Source: Candidatus Iainarchaeum sp. (GTDB taxonomy: Archaea; Iainarchaeota; Iainarchaeia; Iainarchaeales; CSSED10-239). From it: a DNA stretch of 21,397 bases. This document shows positions 8,855 to 15,855 of the stretch, piece by piece. The first letter of the stretch is position 1. Every line of letters begins with the position of its first letter. The stretch is from NCBI GenBank assembly GCA_003559395.1, contig PWLL01000055.1:1-21397 (forward strand), given 5' to 3'. The translations under genes and the position numbers were made by a program. A model generated the notes under the pieces. It saw nothing but the letters and a program-made list of their open reading frames with translations. It ran no database searches and was not told where the DNA came from.

Positions 8855-10852
8855 TTATTTGTTAACTATATCCTTATTTACCTTAAACACCTTTACAGTC
8901 TCATGATGGAAAACTTCTTCAAAATATTTTGAAGCCTCTTCTTCTCTAAACCACATCTTTGCTAAAGTTGAATTGTTTATGGCTGAATTAAATAAATAAA
9001 AGTATTTTTTGTTTTCATCTCTATAAAAATATGTAGGAATCGATTGTATTAGTTGTGTGGGTCTATCTTGCCAAGTAGTAGAAGTGTTGACCATATCGTT
9101 ATAGTCTAAAGTACCAAAAGAACAACGATAACTTTTTTGTTGAGTAATAGATGTGCTTTGTTCATAACATCTAGAAGACCTACCATGACTGTATTTTGTA
9201 ACATTTGGATCTGAAAAGTTTCTGGCATTATATTTATATAAGGCATATGCAGAATATTTAGAAAACATTTCGTTTTCTACCATTATATAGTCGGCATCGT
9301 ATTTTCTAATAAGCTCTATACTTTCATTAAGATCAGAAGACAAAATAAATGCAGCAAAATCTCTGTTAGCTTCCTGTGAAAAATTAGTGTTATCTGTACT
9401 TGCTCTTCTTTCTGTAAAATAAGTTATCCAATGTCCATGATCCCACCAATTGAAAATCTTTGCATCCTCTGCAGCATTCTCGTTTATCCACTCAAAACTT
9501 TCTAACCATCCTAGATTTGTGTTGATTTGTGGGCGATGAATCTCTACATGGTGTGTGCCTGCAGCAATTGAAGTTATTAAAAACACAGCAATCACAAAAG
9601 TGCCTATTCTTTTTACATTTAATGATTTTTCTTTAACCCAATTAATATAAAGATAAACTAAAAAACCAGTTGCAGCAGCGATTGGCAAACCTAAATAAAA
9701 AGTAAACTTTAGTTTAGTATACGCTAGATATAAACAAACCGCAATCCACGAAAAAATTAACAACGACCTATAGTCTTTGTGATTTTTCTTAAAACCAAAC
9801 TTGTGAGGCCACAAAAGATAAATCGGAATTAATAATAAAGCTAAAAAAGGTAAAAACGTTAAAAGACTATATTTAGAAAAAAAATAAGGCCACCCTTTGT
9901 TTTCTTCACCAATAGTTATTACAGATGCATCTTCACTAGTAGATCTTCCTAAAACACGATCTATGTTTTCTTGTGAATAAGGCACATATCTTGAAGCATA
10001 TGATTGAAAAGTTCTGTGCCATATAGAACCATAAGCTAAAGATGCTACGGCCATAAACAAAATACCAACAATTACAATCATCTTTACAAAAGAACCAATC
10101 TCGTATTTTGTGGCGTTTTTATAAGCCATAAAGAAAATATTAATTACAAAATAAAAACCAACAATTAACGGAATTAATAAATAAGCACGCCAAGTAATAA
10201 TCATTAAAGAAAAAAACAAACAAGCAATAAGTGTTTGCGTAAGATGGGTTTTAGTAGCATGCATGTTTTTAGTTGCTTTTACTAAAAATATAAATCCTGC
10301 AACAAGCCATAAAAAACCAAAAGCATCTTCTTCATAGAACCCAGCCATGGTTCTATATACAAAAGCAGGGATTGTTGCAGCAACAATACCCATAACAACT
10401 CCAACTTTTTTGTTATATAGCTCTTTTCCTAAAAAATACATTAACACGGCAATAGTTGCGCCAAAGAAAGCAGGCATAACTCTTGCAAAACTCATTAATA
10501 ACCATTTATCAAAAGCAAGACCAAAAGTAAACAAAGTATATACAAACGAAACAAAATACCATAAAAACTGAGGACGATTTTTATAGATTTGATCATCTGG
10601 GCCTCTATGATAATAATAACCTAACGGGTCTCCTTCTGTAAGTTCTCCCTGTAAAGTATATTCTGTTGCTCTTAGATGCCAATAGGTATCAAACTCAAAC
10701 ATGTAGTCATATTTTAGTAGATGACTTCTTACTCCAAAACCTAAGATAAAGATTAAAACAATAATCAAAACAACCATGGTTTTTGAATCCAATAATTTGT
10801 TTAAGAAAGATTCGTTTGTTTTTGGTTCTGTTTCTTTATTTTTTGAGTCCAT
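8855..10852 (-). CDS. aglB: Archaeal oligosaccharyltransferase AglB (STT3 family)
   Basis: 665 aa with a multi-TM N-terminal half and a soluble C-terminal half. WWDHGHW is a variant of the WWDYG signature, and an early-loop acidic motif (EFDTYWH) is present. Confidence 0.9.
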   Translation of the reverse strand: MDSKNKETEPKTNESFLNKLLDSKTMVVLIIVLIFILGFGVRSHLLKYDYMFEFDTYWHLRATEYTLQGELTEGDPLGYYYHRGPDDQIYKNRPQFLWYFVSFVYTLFTFGLAFDKWLLMSFARVMPAFFGATIAVLMYFLGKELYNKKVGVVMGIVAATIPAFVYRTMAGFYEEDAFGFLWLVAGFIFLVKATKNMHATKTHLTQTLIACLFFSLMIITWRAYLLIPLIVGFYFVINIFFMAYKNATKYEIGSFVKMIVIVGILFMAVASLAYGSIWHRTFQSYASRYVPYSQENIDRVLGRSTSEDASVITIGEENKGWPYFFSKYSLLTFLPFLALLLIPIYLLWPHKFGFKKNHKDYRSLLIFSWIAVCLYLAYTKLKFTFYLGLPIAAATGFLVYLYINWVKEKSLNVKRIGTFVIAVFLITSIAAGTHHVEIHRPQINTNLGWLESFEWINENAAEDAKIFNWWDHGHWITYFTERRASTDNTNFSQEANRDFAAFILSSDLNESIELIRKYDADYIMVENEMFSKYSAYALYKYNARNFSDPNVTKYSHGRSSRCYEQSTSITQQKSYRCSFGTLDYNDMVNTSTTWQDRPTQLIQSIPTYFYRDENKKYFYLFNSAINNSTLAKMWFREEEASKYFEEVFHHETVKVFKVNKDIVNK

Positions 10853-10971
10853 TTTTTTTCACATTATATTTAATATCTATAAATAATAATGTAACAAAAC
10901 AGTTTATAAAAATAGTCTTTTTTAAAAAAGATAAATAATAAAAATATAGTTTACAAAAAAAAGAATTTTTT

Positions 10972-10989
10972 AAAAAATTAGATAAAAAT
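10972..10989 (-). terminator. Oligo-T terminator after the 5S rRNA
   Basis: The minus strand directly after the 5S 3' end reads A TTTTT ATCTAA TTTTTT. Confidence 0.5.
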
Positions 10990-11105
10990 GTTAGCAACTT
11001 AATTGAGGCTCCAAAGAAGACTTTAGCGCCAACAACTACGGAAATGAACTTAACTTCTGGGTTCGGAAAGAGACCAGGTGTTTCTTCATCCCTTTGGTCG
11101 CTAAC
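10990..11105 (-). rRNA. rrf: 5S ribosomal RNA
   Basis: The 116-nt minus-strand sequence is GUUAGCGACC...CACCUGGUCUCUUUCCGAACCCAGAAGUUAAGU...GUUGCUAAC. Its core matches the universal 5S loop B / helix III / loop C consensus (CACCUG.UC.CAUUCCGAAC.CAGAAGUUAAG). The termini pair to form helix I (GUUAGCGAC with GUUGCUAAC). The segment is a local GC-rich island in AT-rich DNA. Confidence 0.9.
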
Positions 11106-11127
11106 AATAAATATAAGCTAAGAAAAG

Positions 11128-11135
11128 TTTATAAA
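11128..11135 (-). promoter_or_regulatory. TATA box for the 5S rRNA gene
   Basis: TTTATAAA is centred about 26 nt upstream of the predicted 5S 5' end (11105), the canonical archaeal TATA-to-TSS distance. It lies in the 50-nt gap after the tbp stop codon. Confidence 0.5.
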
Positions 11136-11155
11136 GCTGTTGTTTTTAAAATAAT

Positions 11156-11695
11156 TTATATTTTTGCAGCATTTATTTTTCTTTTTAACTTTTTTAAACC
11201 TTTTAAGATATCCTCTTCTGATTTTGCACCAGCACAAATAAGTTTTCCGTTTTTAAATAATAAAACAGTTACTTTGGGGTCGTAAAGTCTTGCAATAGCA
11301 CCTGGAAATTGTTCAGGCTCATATTCAATGTTGTCTAGCTTTAAAGCAACATCAAATAAATTTAATTGTTTTGGTAAACTAGATGTCGCAACTAAGTTTA
11401 CAATCTCATATGAAACTCTGGTTTTAACTTTTACATCACTTTGTACTTCGTGAATAATATTCATAGCCTTTTTTATTGCAATTTTTATATTTCTTTCACT
11501 AGATGCACCAGAAACGATTATTTTTCCGTTTTTAAAAAGTAATAAAGACACTTTTGGTTCTGCAATCTTTAAAATAGCACCAGGAAATTGTTCAGGCTCA
11601 TATTCTACTTCTGGAACCGCTGTTGCTAAGTTGTATAGATCAAGAGTCGCATTTAGGTTACTAGAAGCAACCAAATTTACAATTTTATATTCCAT
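11156..11695 (-). CDS. tbp: TATA-box binding protein (TBP)
   Basis: Two tandem TBP repeats are present, each with NLVA(S/T)S...EYEPEQFPGAI...LLFKNGK(I/L)I. The ORF track begins at a GTG (11704). I prefer the ATG at 11693-11695 (MEYKIVNLVAS), which has a GGTG 9 nt upstream. TAA stop. Confidence 0.93.
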   Translation of the reverse strand: MEYKIVNLVASSNLNATLDLYNLATAVPEVEYEPEQFPGAILKIAEPKVSLLLFKNGKIIVSGASSERNIKIAIKKAMNIIHEVQSDVKVKTRVSYEIVNLVATSSLPKQLNLFDVALKLDNIEYEPEQFPGAIARLYDPKVTVLLFKNGKLICAGAKSEEDILKGLKKLKRKINAAKI

Positions 11696-11775
11696 TTTGT
11701 TCACACCATTTTTATATGTTATATTTAAATCTTATTCTTTTTTATTGATGATATATATACTATACTAAAACAAAA

Positions 11776-11787
11776 CCTTTATAAAGG
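11776..11787. promoter_or_regulatory. Perfectly palindromic TATA element CCTTTATAAAGG in the tbp / rpl21e divergent spacer
   Basis: A 12-nt perfect palindrome centred on TTTATAAA, roughly 85 nt upstream of the tbp ATG. Orientation and target gene cannot be assigned from sequence alone. Confidence 0.3.
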
Positions 11788-11958
11788 GATTTTTATTATA
11801 TAAAAACGTTTATCTTTTTTAAGAAAAAAATCACGGTTTATAAAAAACACTTAAAAACACAAAAATAAAAGGAAAACAAACAAAAAACAACGATAATGAT
11901 TGATAATGTTTTGCGAAATATAAACCTATTTAAACATTTACTAACATATATTATTTTA

Positions 11959-11967
11959 TTTATAAAA
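11959..11967 (+). promoter_or_regulatory. Candidate TATA box for the rpl21e-rpoF-DUF655-ksgA operon
   Basis: TTTATAAAA is centred about 33 nt upstream of the rpl21e ATG (11996), implying a very short leader. An AGGA lies 8 nt upstream of the ATG. Confidence 0.4.
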
Positions 11968-11995
11968 CACAAAAAAATATAAAAAGGAAATAAAT

Positions 11996-12313
11996 ATGTC
12001 AAATAAAAAAGCAATCGGAAAAAGATCAAGAACAAGAAGAAAATTTAAAAGAAAAGTTAGAGAAAAAACAACTGTTAATGAAATTTTAAAAACAGTTGAA
12101 TTAAATGATGTGGTGCAAATAAATGTGAACAGTTCAGTACATGCAGGACTACCACACTCAAGAGCACAAGGCAAAACAGGCGTGGTTATTGGATTTCAAG
12201 GAAAATGTCCAATAATACAAATAAAAGACGGAAACAAGCCTAAAAAAATCATTACACAAAACGTTCATCTAAAAGTTTTAAAACAAATACCAAAGGTGGA
12301 AAAAAATGAGTAA
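11996..12313 (+). CDS. rpl21e: 50S ribosomal protein L21e
   Basis: 105 aa with a basic N-terminus (GKRSRTRRKFKRKVREK). The core VHAGLPHSRAQGKTGVVIG is typical of eL21. It is the first gene of the conserved archaeal rpl21e-rpoF-DUF655-ksgA string. Confidence 0.9.
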   Translation: MSNKKAIGKRSRTRRKFKRKVREKTTVNEILKTVELNDVVQINVNSSVHAGLPHSRAQGKTGVVIGFQGKCPIIQIKDGNKPKKIITQNVHLKVLKQIPKVEKNE

Positions 12314-12389
12314 AAAAATAGAATATGTAGAAGAAGTACCATTAATAGAAATAAAAAGAATACTTTTAGAAAAGAAAAAAACCAAATAA
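12306..12389 (+). CDS. rpoF: RNA polymerase subunit Rpo4/F, N-terminal fragment (27 codons, ends at an in-frame TAA)
   Basis: The ATG overlaps the rpl21e stop (ATGAGTAA). The product MSKKIEYVEEVPLIEIKRILLEKKKTK matches the N-terminal helix of Rpo4/F (compare Sulfolobus YIVEEHYIPYSVAKKLL as I recall it). A TAA at 12387-12389 is in the same frame as ORF 12408..12632. Confidence 0.6.
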   Translation: MSKKIEYVEEVPLIEIKRILLEKKKTK

Positions 12390-12407
12390 TTAAACTATGA
12401 ACAAAAA

Positions 12408-12632
12408 ATGGCTTACGAACATGCAAAAATGTTTACAAACATAACGCCTGCAAAAGCAAAAAAACTACAAGAAGAGTTATTAAGTCTAGATCTTACACCA
12501 GAAGTAATAACAACAATAATAGATGTTCTACCAAACAAATATCAACTAGATTTGATTGCAGAAAAAAACAAAAGCATAACTGATGAAAATAAAGAACAAA
12601 TTATAGAACTTATAGAAAAAAATAAAAAATAA
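12408..12632 (+). CDS. rpoF: RNA polymerase subunit Rpo4/F, C-terminal portion (74 aa from the first ATG after the in-frame stop)
   Basis: MAYEHAKMFTNITPAKAKKLQEEL...VITTIIDVLP matches the Rpo4/F HRDC-like body. Read through the stop, the junction is TK*LNYEQKMAYEHAKMF, which matches the conserved (S/T)YEQK.A.EHA block. Gene order also supports the call. Confidence 0.85.
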   Translation: MAYEHAKMFTNITPAKAKKLQEELLSLDLTPEVITTIIDVLPNKYQLDLIAEKNKSITDENKEQIIELIEKNKK

Positions 12633-12639
12633 AGAAAAT

Positions 12640-13164
12640 ATGAAAGAAGCAATTGTTTTAGACAAAACCAAAAAAGAAAGACAATATAGACAAATTTCAA
12701 TCATACAATGTATAGGATCATCAAATTTCTCTTTGTTAGAGATAACTGGAGAAGAAAAAGTAAAGATTCAAGAAAAAATATCAACAGAAGATCAAAATGT
12801 AAAAAGAATAACTTATAATAAACTAACGTCAATTGCAAAAAAAGAACTAGAAAAAGCAATCGAAACAATTGTTCTAGAAAATAAAGAAAAATTTGTTAAC
12901 TTTTTTAATAATGCTAAACCAATAGGTACAAGAAGACACCAACTAGACCTATTACCACTAATTGGAAAAAAACATAGAATGGCTATTCTTGAACATTTAA
13001 ACAAAAAAGGCAAATTTACTAGTTTTGATGATTTTAAACAAATAACCATGATGCCTGATCCAGTGCATGTTATCGTAGAAAGAATAATCGAAGAAATCAT
13101 GAACGAAACGGAAGAAAAACATCATCTGTTCACTATGCCCTTTCTTAAAAAAAGACAATTTTGA
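12640..13164 (+). CDS. DUF655 (COG1491) putative nucleic-acid-binding protein
   Basis: 174 aa. FSLLEI, RITYNKLTSIAKKELE, FVNFFNNAKPIGTRRHQLDLLPLIGKKH and the MMPDP region match DUF655 conserved blocks. The protein always follows rpoF in archaea. Confidence 0.85.
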   Translation: MKEAIVLDKTKKERQYRQISIIQCIGSSNFSLLEITGEEKVKIQEKISTEDQNVKRITYNKLTSIAKKELEKAIETIVLENKEKFVNFFNNAKPIGTRRHQLDLLPLIGKKHRMAILEHLNKKGKFTSFDDFKQITMMPDPVHVIVERIIEEIMNETEEKHHLFTMPFLKKRQF

Positions 13165-13952
13165 AAAACATGCAAGATCTACTTTATTCTCAAATGTTAA
13201 GACATAACTTTAAACCAAATATAAAACTAGATCAACATTTTATTATTAATAAAAAAATTATTGAAGAAGTTGTTTCTTTATTAAACCTAAATAAAAAAGA
13301 CGTTGTTCTAGAAGTTGGGCCAGGAACAGGATTTTTAACCAAAGAAATAAATCAAAAAGTAAAAAAAACAATCGTTATTGAAAAAGACAAAAAAATGGTG
13401 GAAGTTTTAAAATACGAAAACGATCTTAAAAATACAGAAATAATAAACAAAGATTTTTTAGAAGTAAAAATTGATGAAGAAGTTAACAAGATTGTTAGTT
13501 TTGTACCATACTCTATATCTCAAGAATTTATTTATAAGATAAACAACAAAGCCTATGCAGTTCTGGTTTTACAAAAAGAATTTTCAGAAAAACTAATTGC
13601 AATTGAAGGTTGTGAAAACTATAACGCAGTTTCTGTTCTTGCACAATATTATGGAGATATAAAAATTGTTAAAAAAATATCAAAAGGAAGTTTTTTTCCT
13701 AAACCTAGTTGTGAATCATCAATAGTTGTTATTACGCCTAAAAAAATAGAATTTTCTGAAAGTTTTAATAAGTTTGTAAAAACAATCTTTAGATATTCTA
13801 AAAAAAACTTAACCAAAGCACTAATTCTATCATTAGAAGAAACTAATATTAAAAAAGAAAATATAAAAAACATAAAAAAAGAAATACTAATAACAAAAGT
13901 AAAACAACTAACACCTAAACAACTTAAAAAAATATACGAACAAGTTAGTTGA
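13161..13952 (+). CDS. rsmA: 16S rRNA (adenine-N6,N6)-dimethyltransferase KsgA/RsmA/Dim1
   Basis: 263 aa with the SAM-binding motif VLEVGPGTGFLT, the N-terminal LDQHFIINKKII (the QnFL equivalent) and PKPSCESSIV. The ORF-track start is a TTG overlapping the upstream TGA. An in-frame ATG at 13170 is an alternative start. Confidence 0.9.
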   Translation: MKNMQDLLYSQMLRHNFKPNIKLDQHFIINKKIIEEVVSLLNLNKKDVVLEVGPGTGFLTKEINQKVKKTIVIEKDKKMVEVLKYENDLKNTEIINKDFLEVKIDEEVNKIVSFVPYSISQEFIYKINNKAYAVLVLQKEFSEKLIAIEGCENYNAVSVLAQYYGDIKIVKKISKGSFFPKPSCESSIVVITPKKIEFSESFNKFVKTIFRYSKKNLTKALILSLEETNIKKENIKNIKKEILITKVKQLTPKQLKKIYEQVS

Positions 13953-15456
13953 ATTCTTTAACAATTATTTTTTTAAAAGTTATTAAATCATTTAAAGTTT
14001 TTTGAGAATAATTGTAGGCATAATCTAATCTTGTTTCTGAATCTGAATGAATCTCAAAGACAGGCTCGTTTTTCTTTACTTCATGACCAACAGGCTTTAA
14101 GATAAACACACCAGCAAGAACGTCTGTTGGAGCACCAGCAAACTTTGCAACTTGTGTAAGCTTAAATACATCCATATCTATCATATTTCCTTCTTCAGGA
14201 GATAAGATTTGTTTTACATACTTTGCTTTTGGTACATCTTCTGATCTTGTTATTTTTCCACCCTGTGCTTTTATAATCTTTATAAACGTGTTTAGTGCCT
14301 GTTTGTTTTCAATAGTTTTTTTTGCAAGATGATAGCCTTCATTCTTTTTTGCACGACCCACAAGTTCTAAAAGTTCTCCAGCAAGCTCACATGACTTTTC
14401 TGCAAGATTATCGAAATATTTCCCTTCTAGAATCTCTAAAACCGCTTTTGCCTCCAAAGAACAACCAAAAGAATTTCCACAAGGAGTTTTTCCATCCGTG
14501 ATTAAAACTTTTGTTTTTATTCCTAAATCCTTTGAAATTATTAAAAACTTTTTAGCAAGTCTTTCAGCATCCTCTGGATTTTTTATTTTCGTCTGTTCTC
14601 CAACTGGGATATCTATTATCAAATGAGTAGACCCAATACTTTTTTTCTTAGAAAGGATCGAAGCCACCATGATTCCTTCCGGATTAATACCAAGAGCATG
14701 CTCAATATCTATTAGTCTATTATCAACAGGACATAGATCAAACTTACCCTCCCAAACAACAACTCCGTTTGTTTTAGAGATAATGTTTTTTATCTCAGCA
14801 ACATTAAAACTAACAGGCGCTAAGATTTCCATAGCATCTGCAGTGCCTGTTGCAGAAGTTATTGATCGTGATGCTGTTTTTGGTATTTTATATCCAAAAG
14901 AAGCAATAATTGGAGTAACAATCATAGAAACTCTTCCATTAATGCCACCAATAGAATGTTTGTCCAAGATAACTTCATCATCAAAATCTAATCTATCACC
15001 AATATCAACTAAAGCATTACATAAAGCAGTAGTTTCTTCTAAACTAAGATCATTAATCTGACAAGCAGTAACAAAACCAGCAAGCTCAACTTCAGACAAA
15101 GAATTTTTATTAATATCTGCAACAATCTCAATTATTTGATCTTTAGACAACGGTTTGTTTTTTATTTTATTAAAAATATATTTGTTTGCAGCAGAAGGAG
15201 ATAAAAGACAAACATCTACAAGCTCTCCTTCTTTAAGATTAAACTCTTCTGCAGTATCTTTAAAAACACCAATACTTTCTTCATCTACATAAACAGAAGA
15301 AGTATCTAAAACAAATACCTGGTTAAAATCAGTTTTTTTAATATCTATTCTGTCTAAGTTGTGTGCACTAATCTTTTTTGCAGTTTTTGGATGCAAGATA
15401 GATACAGAATAGTTTGCGTAAATATCAAGTATTTTTATTTTTAATTTTAAATACAT
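13945..15456 (-). CDS. deoA: AMP phosphorylase (archaeal thymidine-phosphorylase family, DeoA-type)
   Basis: 503 aa, the length characteristic of archaeal AMP phosphorylases with their extra N-terminal domain. Family blocks present: HSIGGINGRVS, SRSITSATGTAD and the C-terminal alpha/beta domain. Confidence 0.85.
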   Translation of the reverse strand: MYLKLKIKILDIYANYSVSILHPKTAKKISAHNLDRIDIKKTDFNQVFVLDTSSVYVDEESIGVFKDTAEEFNLKEGELVDVCLLSPSAANKYIFNKIKNKPLSKDQIIEIVADINKNSLSEVELAGFVTACQINDLSLEETTALCNALVDIGDRLDFDDEVILDKHSIGGINGRVSMIVTPIIASFGYKIPKTASRSITSATGTADAMEILAPVSFNVAEIKNIISKTNGVVVWEGKFDLCPVDNRLIDIEHALGINPEGIMVASILSKKKSIGSTHLIIDIPVGEQTKIKNPEDAERLAKKFLIISKDLGIKTKVLITDGKTPCGNSFGCSLEAKAVLEILEGKYFDNLAEKSCELAGELLELVGRAKKNEGYHLAKKTIENKQALNTFIKIIKAQGGKITRSEDVPKAKYVKQILSPEEGNMIDMDVFKLTQVAKFAGAPTDVLAGVFILKPVGHEVKKNEPVFEIHSDSETRLDYAYNYSQKTLNDLITFKKIIVKEFN

Positions 15457-15460
15457 AAAA

Positions 15461-15778
15461 TCACTTATTTTTATTTAAATTTTCTTGAAGAAGTTTTTTA
15501 GGAATTGCACCTGTTTGTTGATCAACAAGTAGACCATCTTTAAAGATAGCGATCGTCGGAATGGATAAAACGTTATATTTTTCTGCAGTTTTGTGCGCTT
15601 CATCAATATTAACTTTAACACAAGAAACCTCTTGGTTATCATTTGCAAAATCCTCAAAGATAGACGCAAACATTTGACAGGGGGCACACCAGTCTGCCCA
15701 AAAATCAACAACCACAAGCGGGTTGTTTTTTATATGTTCTTCAAAAGTATCATCGTTAAGATTTTTTATATCGGACAT
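15461..15778 (-). CDS. trxA: Thioredoxin
   Basis: 105 aa. The active site is FWADWCAPCQ (CAPC rather than CGPC), and the SIPT cis-Pro loop is present. A GAGGT lies 8 nt upstream of the ATG. Confidence 0.9.
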   Translation of the reverse strand: MSDIKNLNDDTFEEHIKNNPLVVVDFWADWCAPCQMFASIFEDFANDNQEVSCVKVNIDEAHKTAEKYNVLSIPTIAIFKDGLLVDQQTGAIPKKLLQENLNKNK

Positions 15779-15855
15779 GTTTTTTACCTCTTTAAAATAA
15801 ATATTCTTGCTCTCTATTAATAAAATATATCAAAAGGTTATTAATAAGTATTGTT

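Noticed and set aside
11896-11982. 28-codon sORF (MIDNVLRNINLFKHLLTYIILFIKHKKI) in the tbp/rpl21e spacer
   Set aside because: It has no ribosome-binding signal and a low-complexity hydrophobic product. It overlaps the probable rpl21e promoter, so there is no support beyond being open.
11838-12174. ORFs 11838..12035 and 11956..12174 (minus) and 11094..11285 (plus)
   Set aside because: They span promoter spacers, or lie opposite rpl21e, the 5S rRNA or tbp. They encode Phe/Leu/Ile-rich low-complexity strings typical of translated AT-rich non-coding or antisense DNA.
12387-12389. The idea that TAA is reassigned as a sense codon (alternative genetic code) to explain the rpoF interruption
   Set aside because: TAA ends most well-delimited genes here: rpl11, spt5, ftsZ, the isomerase, the Nre-like gene, aglB, tbp, rpl21e, rpoF itself, deoA and uppP. 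Their lengths are normal. TAG and TGA are also used as stops. A genome-wide reassignment does not fit.
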